Assembly (NCBI GenBank): GCA_040954595.2
Contig: CM082598.2
Span: forward strand, 9,191,097-9,255,096
Direction of reading: 5' to 3'
Length of the DNA stretch: 64,000 nucleotides
Source: Balanoglossus misakiensis
Taxonomy: Eukaryota > Animalia > Hemichordata
Below are positions 15,001 to 28,164 of the stretch, piece after piece. Position numbers and translations under genes: made by a program. Within the stretch, counting starts at the first letter, position 1; each line of letters begins with the position of its first letter. The notes below the pieces were generated by a model. That model saw only the letters and a program-made list of their open reading frames with translations. It made no database searches and was not told where the DNA came from.

Positions 15001-18000
15001 CAGCCATTCTTGGGAGGGTAGAAATGATGGCTGAGAATTTGTTGCCGCCATTCTTTGGAGGGGAGAAATGATGGCAGAGAATTTATTGCCGCCTTCCTTG
15101 GGAGGGGAGAAATAACGGCTGAGAGTTTGTTGCCGCCATTCTTGGGCGGGGAGAAATGATAGCAGAGAATTTGTTGCCGCCATTCTTGGGAGGGGGATGA
15201 GAAATAACGGCTGAGAGTTTGTTGCCGCCATTCTTGGGAGGGTAGAAATAACGGCTGAGAGTTTGTTGCCGCCATTCTTGGGAGGTGAGAAATAACGGCT
15301 GAGAGTTTGTTGCCGCCATTCTTGGGAGGGGAGAAATGATGGCTGAGAATTTGTTGCCGCCATTCTTGGGAGGGGAGAAATAACGGCTGAGAGTTTGTGG
15401 CCGCCATTATTGGGAGGGGAGAAATGATGGCTGAGAGTTTGTTGCCGCCATTCTTGGGCGGGGAGAAATGATAGCAGAGAATTTGTTGCCGCCATTCTTG
15501 GGAGGGGAGAAATGATGGCTGGGAATTTGTTGCCGCCATTCTTGGGAGGGGAGAAATAACCGCTGAGAGTTTGTTGCCGCCATTCTTGGTAGGGGAGAAA
15601 TGATGGCAGAGAATTTGTTGCCGCCATTCTTGGGAGGGGAGAAATGATGGCTGAGAATTTGTTGCCGCCATCCTTGGGAGGGGAGAAATAACGGCTGAGA
15701 GTTTGTTGCCGCCATTCTTGGGCGGGGAGAAATGATGGCAGAGAATTTGTTGCCGCCATTCTTGGGAGGGGAGAAATGATGGCTGAGAATTTATTGCCGC
15801 CATCCTTGGGAGGGGAGAAATAACGGCTGAGTGTTTGTTGCCGCCATTCTTGGGCGGGGAGAAATGATGGCAGAGAATTTGTTGCCGCCATTTATGGGAG
15901 GGGAGAAATGATGGCAGAGAGTTTGTTGCCGCCATTCTTTGTAGTGGAGAAAGGATGGCAGAGAGTTTGTTGCCGCCATTCTTGGGAGGGGAGAAATGAT
16001 GGCTGAGAATTTGTTGCCGCCATCCTTGGGAGGGGAGAAATAACGGCTGAGAGTTTGTTGCCGCCATTCTTTATAGTGGAGAAACGATGGCAGAGAGTTT
16101 GTTGCCGCCATTCTTGGGAGGGGAGAAATGATGGCTGAGAATTTGTTGCCGCCATTCTTGGGAGGGGAGAAATGATGGCAGAGAATTTATTGCCGCCATC
16201 CTTGGGAGGGGAGAAATAACGGCTGAGTGTTTGTTGCCGCCATTCTTGGGAGGGGAGAAATAACGGCTGAGAGTTTGTTGCCGCCATTCTTTATAGTGGA
16301 GAAACGATGGCAGAGAGTTTGTTGCCGCCATTCTTGGGAGGGGAGAAATGATGGCTGAGAATTTGTTGCCGCCATTCTTGGGAGGGGAGAAATGAGGGCA
16401 GAGAATTTATTGCCGCCATTCTTGGGAGGGGAGAAATGATGGCTGAGAATTTGTTGCCGCCATTCTTGGGAGGGGAGAAATGAGGGCAGAGAATTTATTG
16501 CCGCCATCCTTGGGAAGGGAGAAATAACGGCTGAGAGTATGTTGCCGCCATTCTCGGGAGGGGAGAAATGATAGCAGAGAATTTGTTGCCGCCATTCTTG
16601 GGAGGGTAGAAATAACGGCTGAGAGTTTGTTGCCGCCATTCTTGGGAGGGTAGAAATAACGGCTGAGAGTTTGTTGCCGCCATTCTTGGGAGGGGAGAAA
16701 TAACGGCTGAGAGTTTGTTGCCGCCATTCTTGGGAGGGGAGAAATAACGGCTGAGAGTTTGTTGCCGCCATTCTTGGGAGGGGAGAAATAACGGCTGAGA
16801 GTTTGTTGCCGCCATTCTTGGGAGGGGAGAAATGATGGCTGAGAATTTGTTGCCGCCATTCTTGGGAGGGGAGAAATAACGGCTGAGAGTTTGTGGCCGC
16901 CATTATTGGGAGGGGAGAAATGATGGCTGAGAATTTGTTGCCGCCATTCTTTGGAGGGGAGAAATGATGGCAGAGAATTTATTGCCGCCTTCCTTGGGAG
17001 GGGAGAAATAACAGCTGAGAGTTTGTTGCCGCCATTCTTGGGCGGGGAGAAATGATAGCAGAGAATTTGTTGCCGCCATTCATGGGAGGGGAGAAATGAT
17101 GGCTGAGAATTTGTTGCCGCCATTCTTTGGAGGGGAGAAATAACCGCTGAGAGTTTGTTGCCGCCATTCTTGGGCGGGGAGAAATGATGGCAGAGAATTT
17201 GTTGCCGCCATTCTTGGGAGGGGAGAAATGATGGCTGAGAATTTGTTGCCGCCATTCTTTGGAGGGGAGAAACGATGGCAGAGAGTTTGTTGCCGCCATT
17301 CTTGGGCGGGAAGAAATGATGGCAGGGAATTTGTTGCCGCCATTCTTGGGAGGGGAGAAATGATGGCAGAGAATTTGTTGCCGCCATTCTTGGGAGGGGA
17401 GAAATAACGGCTGAGAGTTTGTTGCCGCCATTCTTGGGCGGGGAGAAATGATGGCAGAGAATTTGTTGCCGCCATTCTTGGGAGGGGAGAAATGATGGCT
17501 GAGAATTTCTTGCCGCCATTCTTTGGAGGGGAGAAATGATGGCAGAGAATTTATTGCCGCCATCCTTGGGAGGGGAGAAATAACGGCTGAGTGTTTGTTG
17601 CCGCCATTCTTGGGCGGGGAGAAACGATGGCAGAGAATTTGTTGCCGCCATTCTTGGGAGGGGAGAAATGATGGCAGAGAGTTTGTTGCCGCCATTCTTT
17701 GTAGTGGAGAAACGATGGCAGAGAGTTTGTTGCCGCCATTCTTGGGAGGGGAGAAATGATGGCTTAGAATTTGTTGCCGCCATTCTTGGGAGGGGAGAAA
17801 TAACGGCGGAGAGTTTGTTGCCGCCATTCTTGGGAGGGGAGAAATGATGGCAGAGAATTTATTGCCGCCATCCTTGGGAGGGGAGAAATAACGGCTGAGA
17901 GTTTGTTGCCGCCATTCTTTGTAGTGGAGAAACGATGGCAGAGAATTTGTTGCCGCAATTCTTGGGAGGGGAGAAATGATGGCTGAGAATTTGTTGCCGC

Positions 18001-21000
18001 CATTCTTGGGAGGGGAGAAATGATGGCTGAGAATTTGTTGCCGCCATTCTTGGGAGGGGAGAAAAAACGGCTGAGAGTTTGTTGCCGCCATTATTGGGAG
18101 GGGAGAAATGATGGCTGAGAATTTGTTGCCGCCATTCTTTGGAGGGGAGAAATGATGGCAAAGAATTTGTTGCCGCCATTCTTTGTAGGGGAGAAATAAC
18201 CGCTGAGAGTTTGTTGCCGCCATTCTTGGGCGGGGAGAAATGATGGCAGAGAATTTGTTGCCGCCATTCTTGGGAGGGGAGAAATGATGGCTGAGAATTT
18301 GTTGCCGCCATTCTTTGGAGGGGAGAAATGATGGCAGAGAATTTATTGCCGCCATCCATGGGAGGTGAGAAATAACGGCTGAGAGTTTGTTGCCGCCATT
18401 CTTGGGCGGGGAGAAATGATGGCAGAGAATTTGTTGCCGCCATTCTTGGGAGGGGAGAAATGATGGCTGAGAATTTGTTGCCGCCATTCTTTGGAGGGGA
18501 GAAATGATGGCAGAGAATTTATTGCCGCCATTCTTTGTAGGGGAGAAACGATGGCAGAGAATTTATTGCCGCCATTCTTTGTAGGGGAGAAACGATGGCA
18601 GAGACTTTATTGCCGCCATTCTTGGGAGGGGAGAAATAACGGCTGAGTGTTTGTCGCCGCCATTCTTGGGCGGGGAGAACTGATGGCAGAGAATTTGTTG
18701 CCGCCATTCTTGGGAGGGGAGAAATGATGGCAGAGAGTTTGTTGCCGCCATTCTTTGTAGGGGAGAAACGATGGCAGAGACTTTATTGCCGCCATTCTTG
18801 GGAGGGGAGAAATAACGGCTGAGTGTTTGTCGCCGCCATTCTTGGGCGGGGAGAACTGATGGCAGAGAATTTGTTGCCGCCATTCTTGGGAGGGGAGAAA
18901 TGATGGCAGAGAGTTTGTTGCCGCCATTCTTTGTAGTGGAGAAACAATGGCAGAGAGTTTGTTGCCGCCATTCTTGGGCGGGGAGAAATGATGGCAGAGA
19001 ATTTGTTGCCGCCATTCTTGGGAGGGGAGAAATGATGGCAGAGAGTTTGTTGCCGCCATTCTTTGTAGTGGAGAAACGATGGCAGAGAGTTTGTTGCCGC
19101 CATTCTTGGGCGGGGAGAAATGATGGCAGAGAATTTGTTGCCGCCATTCTTGGGAGGGGAGAAATGATGGCTGAGAATTTGTTGCCGCCATTCTTTGGAG
19201 GGGAGAAATAACCGCTGAGAGTTTGTTGCCGCCATTCTTGGGAGGGGAGGATGGCTGAGAATTTTTTGCCGCCATTCTTGGGAGGGGAGAAATAACGGCG
19301 GAGACTTTGTTGCCGCCATTCTTGGGAGGGGAGAAATGATGGCAGAGAATTTATTGCCGCCATTCTTGGGCGGGGAGAAATGATGGCAGAGAATTTGTTG
19401 CCGCCATTCTTGGGAGGGGAGAAATGATGGCTGAGAATTTGTTGCCGCCATTCTTTGGAGGGGAGAAATGATGGCAGAGAATTTATTGCCGCCATCCTTG
19501 GGAGGGGAGAAATAACGGCTGAGTGTTTGTTGCCGCCATTCTTGGGCGGGGAGAAATGATGGCAGAGAATTTGTTGCCGCCATTCTTGGGAGGGGAGAAA
19601 TGATGGCAGAGAATTTATTGCCGCCATCCTTGGGAGGGGAGAAATAACGGCTGAGAGTTTGTTGCCGCCATTCTTTGTAGTGGAGAAACGATGGCAGAGA
19701 ATTTGTTGCCGCAATTCTTGGGAGGGGAGAAATGATGGCTGAGAATTTGTTGCCGCCATTCTTGGGAGGGGAGAAATGATGGCTGAGAATTTGTTGCCGC
19801 CATTCTTGGGAGGGGAGAAATAACGGCTGAGAGTTTGTTGCCGCCATTATTGGGAGGGGAGAAATGATGGCTGAGAATTTGTTGCCGCCATTCTTTGGAG
19901 GGGAGAAATGATGGCAAAGAATTTGTTGCCGCCATTCTTTGTAGGGGAGAAATAACCGCTGAGAGTTTGTTGCCGCCATTCTTGGGCGGGGAGAAATGAT
20001 GGCAGAGAATTTGTTGCCGCCATTCTTGGGAGGGGAGAAATGATGGCTGAGAATTTGTTGCCGCCATTCTTTGGAGGGGAGAAATGATGGCAGAGAATTT
20101 ATTGCCGCCATCCATGGGAGGTGAGAAATAACGGCTGAGAGTTTGTTGCCGCCATTCTTGGGCGGGGAGAAATGATGGCAGAGAATTTGTTGCCGCCATT
20201 CTTGGGAGGGGAGAATGATGGCTGAGAATTTGTTGCCGCCATTCTTTGGAGGGGAGAAATGATGGCAGAGAATTTATTGCCGCCATCCTTGGGAGGGGAG
20301 AAATAACGGCTGAGTGTTTGTCGCCGCCATTCTTGGGCGGGGAGAACTGATGGCAGAGAATTTGTTGCCGCCATTCTTGGGAGGGGAGAAATGATGGCAG
20401 AGAGTTTGTTGCCGCCATTCTTTGTAGTGGAGAAACAATGGCAGAGAGTTTGTTGCCGCCATTCTTGGGCGGGGAGAAATGATGGCAGAGAATTTATTGC
20501 CGCCATCCTTGGGAGGGGAGAAATAACGGCTGAGTGTTTGTTGCCGCCATTCTTGGGCGGGGAGAAATGATGGCAGAGAATTTGTTGCCGCCATTCTTGG
20601 GAGGGGAGAAATGATGGCAGAGAGTTTGTTGCCGCCATTCTTTGTAGTGGAGAAACGATGGCAGAGAGTTTGTTGCCGCCATTCTTGGGCGGGGAGAAAT
20701 GATGGCAGAGAATTTGTTGCCGCCATTCTTGGGAGGGGAGAAATGATGGCTGAGAATTTGTTGCCGCCATTCTTTGGAGGGGAGAAATAACCGCTGAGAG
20801 TTTGTTGCCGCCATTCTTGGGAGGGGAGGACGGCTGAGAATTTTTTGCCGCCATTCTTGGGAGGGGAGAAATAACGGCGGAGAGTTTGTTGCCGCCATTC
20901 TTGGGAGGGGAGAAATGATGGCAGAGAATTTATTGCCGCCATTCTTGGGCGGGGAGAAATGATGGCAGAGAATTTGTTGCCGCCATTCTTGGGAGGGGAG

Positions 21001-24000
21001 AAATGATGGCTGAGAATTTGTTGCCGCCATTCTTTGGAGGGGAGAAATGATGGCAGAGAATTTATTGCCGCCATCCTTGGGAGGGGAGAAATAACGGCTG
21101 AGTGTTTGTTGCCGCCATTCTTGGGCGGGGAGAAATGATGGCAGAGAATTTGTTGCCGCCATTCTTGGGAGGGGAGAAATGATGGCAGAGAGTTTGTTGC
21201 CGCCATTCTTTGTAGTGGAGAAATGATGGCAGAGAGTTTATTGCCGCCATCCTTGGGAGGGGAGAGATAACGGCTGAGTGTTTGTTGCCGCAATTCTTGG
21301 GCGGGGAGAAATGATGGCAGAGAATTTGTTGCCGCCATTCTTGGGAGGGGAGAAATGATGGCAGAGAGTTTGTTGCCGCCATTCTTTGTAGTGGAGAAAC
21401 GATGGCAGAGAGTTTGTTGCCGCCATTCTTGGGCGGGAAGAAATGATGGCAGAGAATTTGTTGCCGCCATTCTTGGGAGGGGAGAAATGATGGCAGAGAA
21501 TTTGTACCCGCCATTCTTGGGCGGGGAGAAATGATGGCAGAGAATTTGTTGCCGCCATTCTTGGGAGGGGAGAAATGATGGCAGAGAATTTGTTTCCGCC
21601 ATTCTTTGTAGTAAAGAAACGATGGCAGAGAGTTTGTTGCCCCCATTCTTGGGCGGGAAGAAATGATGGCAGAGAATTTGTTGCCGCCATTCTTGGGCGG
21701 GGAGAAATGATGGCAGAGAATTTGTTGCCGCCATTCTTGGGAGGGGAGAAATGATGGCAGAGAGTTTGTTGCCGCCATTCTTTGTAGTGGAGAAATGATG
21801 GCAGAGAGTTTGTTGCCGCCATTCTTGGGCGGGGAGAAATGATGGCAGAGAATTTATTGCCGTCATCCTTGGGAGGGGAGAAATAACGGCTGAGTGTTTG
21901 TTGCCGCAATTCTTGGGCGGGGAGAAATGATGGCAGAGAATTTGTTGCCGCCAATCTTGGGAGGGGAGAAATGATGGCAGAGAGTTTGTTGCCGCCATTC
22001 TTTGTAGTGGAGAAACGATGGCAGAGAGTTTGTTGCCGCCATTCATGGGCGGGAAGAAATGATGGCAGAGAATTTGTTGCCGCCATTCTTGGGAGGGGAG
22101 AAATGATGGCAGAGAATTTGTTGCCGCCATTCTTGGGCGGGGAGAAATGATGGCAGAGAATTTGTTACCGCCATTCTTGGGAGGGGAGAAATGATGGCAG
22201 AGAATTTGTTTCCGCCATTCTTTGTAGTGGAGAAACGATGGCAGAGAGTTTGTTGCCGCCATTCTTGGGCGGGAAGAAATGATGGCAGAGAATTTGTTGC
22301 CGCCATTCTTGGGAGGGGAGAAATGATGGCAGAGAATTTGTTGCCGCCATTCTTGGGAGGGGAGAAATGATGGCTGATAATTTGTTGCCGCCATTCTTGG
22401 GCGGGGACAAATGATGGCAGAGAGTTTGTTGCCGCCATTCTTGGGAGGGGAGAAATGATGGCTGAAAATTTGTTGCCGCCATTCTTTGGAGGGGAGAAAT
22501 GATGGCAGAGAATTTATTGCCGCCATCCTTGGGAGGGGAGATATAACGGCTGAGAGTTTGTTGCCGCCATTCTTTGTAGTGGAGAAACGATGGCAGAGAG
22601 TTTGTTGCCGCCATTCTTGGGCGGGGAGAAATGATGGCAGAGAATTTATTGCCGCCATCCTTGGGAGGGGAGAAATAACGGCTGAGTGTTTGTTGCCGCC
22701 ATTCTTGGGCGGGGAGAAATGATGGCAGAGAATTTGTTGCCGCCATTCTTGGGAGGGGAGAAATGGTGGCAGAGAGTTTGTTGCCGCCATTCTTTGTAGT
22801 GGAGAAACGATGGCAGAGAGTTTGTTGCCGCCATTCTTGGGAGGGGAGAAATGATGGCAGAGAATTTGTTGCCGCCATTCTTGGGAGGGGAGAAATGATG
22901 GCAGAGAATTTTTTGCCTCCATCCTTGGGAGGGCTGAAATAACGGCTGAGAGTTTGTTGCCGCCATTCTTGGGCGGGGAGAAATGATGGCAGAGAATTTG
23001 TTGCCGCCATTCTTGGGCGGGGAGAAATGATGGCAGAGAATTTGTTGCCGCCATTCTTGGGAGGGGAGAAATGATGGCAGAGAATTTTTTGCCTCCATCC
23101 TTGGGAGGGCTGAAATAACGGCTGAGAGTTTGTTGCCGCCATTCTTGGGAGGGGAGAAATGATGGCAGAGAATTTGTTGCCGCCATTCTTGGGCGGGGAG
23201 AAATGATGGCAGAGAATTTGTTGCCGCCATTCTTGGGAGGGGAGAAATGATGGCAGAGAATTTTTTGCCTCCATCCTTGGGAGGGCTGAAATAACGGCTG
23301 AGAGTTTGTTGCCGCCATTCTTGGGCGGGGAGAAATGATGGCAGAGAATTTGTTGCCGCCATTCTTGGGAGGGGAGAAATGATGGCTGAGAATTTGTTGC
23401 CGCCATTCTTTGGAGGGGAGAAATGATGGCAGAGAATTTATTGCCGCCATCCTTGGGAGGGGAGAAATAACGGCTGAGTGTTTGTTGCCGCCATTCTTGG
23501 TCGGGGAGAAATGATGGCAGAGAATTTGTTGCCGCCATTCTTGGGAGGGGAGAAATGATGGCAGAGAGTTTGTTGCCGCCATTCTTTGTAGTGGAGAAAC
23601 GATGGCAGAGAGTTTGTTGCCGCCATTCTTGGGCGGGGAGAAATGATGGCAGAGAATTTATTGCCGCCATCCTTGGGAGGGGAGAAATAACGGCTGAGTG
23701 TTTGTTGCCGCCATTCTTGGGCGGGGAGAAATGATGGCAGAGAATTTGTTTCCGCCATTCTTGGGAGGGGAGAAATGATGGCAGAGAGTTTGTTGCCGCC
23801 ATTCTTTGTAGTGGAGAAACGATGGCAGAGAGTTTGTTGCCGCCATCCTTGGGAGGGGAGAAATAACGGCTGAGAGTTTGTTGCCGCCATTCTTTGTAGT
23901 GGAGAAATGATGGCAGAGAATTTGTTGCCGCCATTCTTGGGAGGGGAGAAATGATGGCTGAGAATTTGTTGCCGCCATTCTTTGGAGGGGAGAAATGATG

Positions 24001-27000
24001 GCAGAGAATTTATTGCCGCCATCCTTGGGAGGGGAGAAATAACGGCTGAGTGTTTGTTGCCGCCATTCTTGGGCGGGGAGAAATGATGGCAGAGAATTTG
24101 TTGCCGCCATTCTTGGGAGGGGAGAAATGATGGCAGAGAGTTTGTTGCCGCCATTCTTTGTAGTGGAGAAACGATGGCAGAGAGTTTGTTGCCGCCATTC
24201 TTGGGCGGGGAGAAATGATGGCAGAGAATTTATTGCCGCCATCCTTGGGAGGGGAGAAATAACGGCTGAGTGTTTGTTGCCGCCATTCTTGGGCGGGGAG
24301 AAATGATGGCAGAGAATTTGTTTCCGCCATTCTTGGGAGGGGAGAAATGATGGCAGAGAGTTTGTTGCCGTCATTCTTTGTAGTGGAGAAACGATGGCAG
24401 AGAGTTTGTTGCCGCCATCCTTGGGAGGGGAGAAATAACGGCTGAGAGTTTGTTGCCGCCATTCTTTGTAGTGGAGAAACGATGGCAGAGAGTTTGTTGC
24501 CGCCATTCTTGGGAGGGGAGAAATGATGGCTAAGAATTTGTTGCCGCCATTCTTGGGAGGGGAGAAATAACGGCTGAGAGTTTGTTGCCGCCATTCTTGG
24601 GAGGGGAGAAATAACGGCTGAGAGTTTGTTGCCGCCATTCTTGGTAGGGGAGAAACAATGGCAGAGAATTTATTGCCGCCATTCTTTGTAGAGGAGAAAC
24701 GATGGCAGGGAATTTATTACTGCCATTCTTTTTAGGGGAGAAACGATGGCAGAGACTTTATTGCCGCCATTCTTGGAAGGGGAGAAATATTAGGGCTGAT
24801 AGTTTGTTGCCGCCATTCTTGGGAGGGGAGAAATAACGGCTGAGAGTTTGTTGCCGCCATTCTTGGGAGGGGAGAAATAACGGCTGAGAGTTTGTTGCCG
24901 CCATTCTTGGTAGGGGAGAAACAATGGCAGAGAATTTATTGCCGCCATTCTTTGTAGAGGAGAAACGATGGCAGGGAATTTATTACTGCCATTCTTTTTA
25001 GGGGAGAAACGATGGCAGAGACTTTATTGCCGCCATTCTTGGAAGGTGAGAAATATTAGGGCTGATAGTTTGTTGCCGCCATTCTTGGGAGGGGAGAAAT
25101 GATGGCAGATAATCTGTTGCCGCCATTCTTTGTAGGGGAGAAACGATGGCTGAGAATTTATTGCCGCCATTCTTTGTAGGGGAGAAACGATGGCAGAGAA
25201 TTTGTTGCCGCCATTCTTGGGAAGGGAGAAATAACGGCTGAGAGTTTGTTGCCGCCATTCGCGGGATGGGCGAAATGAGGGCAGAGAATATTTTACGGTT
25301 GCTGCCATTCTTTGCGGAGGAGAAATGAGGGCAGAGAATGTATTGCCGCCATCCTTGGGAAGGGAGAAATAACAGCTGAGAGTTTGTTGCCGCCATTATT
25401 GGGAGGGGAGAAATGATAGCAGAGAATTTGTTGCCGCCATTCTTGGGGGGGGGGAGATAAATAACGGCTGAGAGTTTGTTGCCGCCATTCTTGGGAGGGG
25501 AGAAATAACGGCTGAGAGTTTGTTGCCACCATTATTGGGAGGGGAGAAATAACGGCTGAGAGTTTGTTGCCGACCTTATTGGGAGAGGAGAAACGATGGC
25601 TGAGAATTTATTGCCGCCACCCTTGTGAGGGTAAAATAACGGCTGACAGTTTGTTGCCGCCATTCTTGGGAGGGGAGAAATGATGGCTGAGAATTTATTG
25701 CCGCCATCATTGGGAGGGGAAAATAACGGCTGACAGTTTGTTGCCGCCATTCTTGGGAGGGGAGAAGCGATGGCAGAGACTTTATTGCCGCCATTCTTGG
25801 AAGGGGAGAAATAAGGGCTGAGAGTTTGTTGCCGCCATTCTTGGGAGGGGAGAAATAATGGCAGATAATTTGTTGCCGCCATTCTTTGTAGGGGAGAAAC
25901 GATGGCAGAGAATTTATTGCCGCCATTCTTTGTAGGGGAGAAACGATGGCAGAGAATTTATTGCCGCCATTCTTTGTAGGGGAGAAACGATGGCAGAGAC
26001 TTTATTGCCGCCATTCTTGGAAGGGGAGAAATAAGGGCTTAGAGTTTGTTGCCGCCATTCTTGGGAGGGGAGAAATGACGGCAGAGAATTTGTTGCCGCC
26101 ATTCTTGGGAGGGGAGAAATAACGGCTGAGAGTTTGTTGCCGCCTCTCGCGGGATGGGCGAAATGAGGGCAGAGAATATTTTACGGTTGCTGCCATTCTT
26201 TGCAGAGGAGAAATGAGGGCAGAGAATTTATTGCCGCCATCCTTGGGAAGGGGAAATAACGGCTGAGAGTATGTTGCCGCCATTCTCGGGAGGGGAGAAA
26301 TGATAGCAGAGAATTTGTTGCCGCCATTCTTGGGGGGGGGGGAGAAATAACGGCTGAGAGTTTGTTGCCGCCATTCTTGGGAGGGTAGAAATAACGGCTG
26401 AGAGTTTGTTGCCGCCATTCTTGGGAGGGGAGAAATAACGCCTGAGAGTTTGTTGCCGCCATTCTTGGGAGGGGAGAAATGATGGCTGAGAATTTGTTGC
26501 CGCCATTCTTGGGAGGGGAGAAATAACGGCTGAGAGTTTGTTGCCGCCATTATTGGGAGGGGAGAAATGATGGCTGAGAATTTGTTGCCGCCATTCTTTG
26601 GAGGGGAGAAATGATGGCAGAGAATTTATTGCCGCCATCCTTGGGAGGGGAGAAATAACGGCTGAGAGTTTGTTGCCACCATTCTTGGGCGGGGAGAAAT
26701 GATAGCAGAGAATTTGTTGCCGCCATTCTTGGGAGGGGAGAAATGATGGCTGAGAATTTGTTGCCGCCATTCTTCGGAGGTGAGAAATAACCGCTGAGAG
26801 TTTGTTGCCGCCATTCTTGGGCGGGGAGAAATGATGGTAGAGAATTTGTTGCCGGCATTCTTGGGAGGGGAGAAATGATGGTGGCTGAGAATTTGTTGCC
26901 GCCATTCTTTGGAGGGGAGAAATGATGGCAGAGAATTTATTGCCGCCATCCTTGGGAGGGGAGAAATGAGGGCAGAGAATTTGTTGCCGCCATTCTCGGG

Positions 27001-27045
27001 AGGGGCGAAATGAGGGCCTAGAATATTTCACGGTTGCCGCCATTC
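1..27045. repeat. 44-bp tandem satellite array (about 615 monomers; extends beyond window start)
   Basis: Consensus GAGAATTTGTTGCCGCCATTCTTGGGAGGGGAGAAATGATGGCA (44 nt) repeats head-to-tail with point variants. The array ends at ...CGGTTGCCGCCATTC|TATATAC at 27045. Confidence 0.98.
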
Positions 27046-27915
27046 TATATACTGCAACCTCTGTTGCTCATCAGAAATCTAAGTTATTTGTTTTCCTGTG
27101 ACATTCAACTTATGATTAATAGCTTCAATCCTATTCCCCCACAAAACCCCCAAAATTCTCTTATAATGTTGGATTTGTGACATAACATTCCATGCTGAAA
27201 TATGCAATTTTGGAGAGAGAAAAAACAGGTTTTATCTGAAAAAGGGCATCTTCAAGAATGTCTTCCTCTGCTTCAAGCTTTTGAGAACCCTACATTATGT
27301 AAAATTCAAAATGTCTCCACCTGTCCATCAACACATCATCACGTGAAATCATTTAATTTCACATTAAACTTTAGAAGACGCCAGGATGATTGATATCAAA
27401 GAGAAACACCATTACACTACATGTAAGGAGGCATGCATTGCTATCTATGGAGAGAAGTAAGGACACATTAACTTCTCATAGAAATAATTAGTTACCTGGA
27501 GCATTTAAATGTATGTATCAAAGTCAGCTTGCTTTATTAAGGGCTCACCTAGTTTCCCTTCTTGCAGGTGGTGACAAAACAGTTTCACGTCTAGCTGACT
27601 GCATGCTGCTTCCATCATGTGAAAGAATCTGTGAAAGATTCCCAAGCTGTGATGCAATCCGGTATTGTAAAGTCCATGAGTGTAATTCTTCTTCAGGTGG
27701 CAAGAACACTTTGATCTTGGTGGTCAAACAACATAAACAAAAATACCTTCCTATAAATATAAAGGTGTTTTAGTAAATTGTCCCATTTGCTGAAATTTAA
27801 TATTTGTTAGATCACTGTGGCATGAAATCCGTGTCTAAAGGTAAGATTTGAATTGTAATTATGCATAATCTTACCGGATGCACCTGACAAACCATACATC
27901 AAAGTGAGATAGGCA

Positions 27916-27985
27916 TAGTCTCACACTTCTTGCATGCTGAGAGCGTGGGATCAGAGTTTGAGATCAATTCGATCCCACACTCTCA
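27916..27985. repeat. short hairpin, possible MITE remnant
   Basis: TGAGAGCGTGGGATC (27938-27952) and GATCCCACACTCTCA (27971-27985) form a 15-bp inverted repeat with 1 mismatch, preceded by TAGTCTCACAC at 27916. Confidence 0.4.
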
Positions 27986-28164
27986 CTGAAATGAAAGCTG
28001 TATATGACAAGAGCGCTGATTGGATGAGAAAGAATTCTCTAAATGTTATCCAACGGCGTGGTGAATTACACGGACAGAGACTACAATGTGCCAGACGACA
28101 CTTCCAGAGTCATTTATTCAATGTTTTAAATACACATTTGGCTAGTTTGTGGCTGTGTGAGAAA

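Noticed and set aside
304-27043. Dozens of long minus-strand ORFs (up to 1102 aa, MAATNSLPSFLP... repeats)
   Set aside because: The 44-bp monomer lacks stops on that strand, so all three frames give the same 44-aa repeat. Indels and stops occur freely with no frame preference, so this is a satellite artefact.
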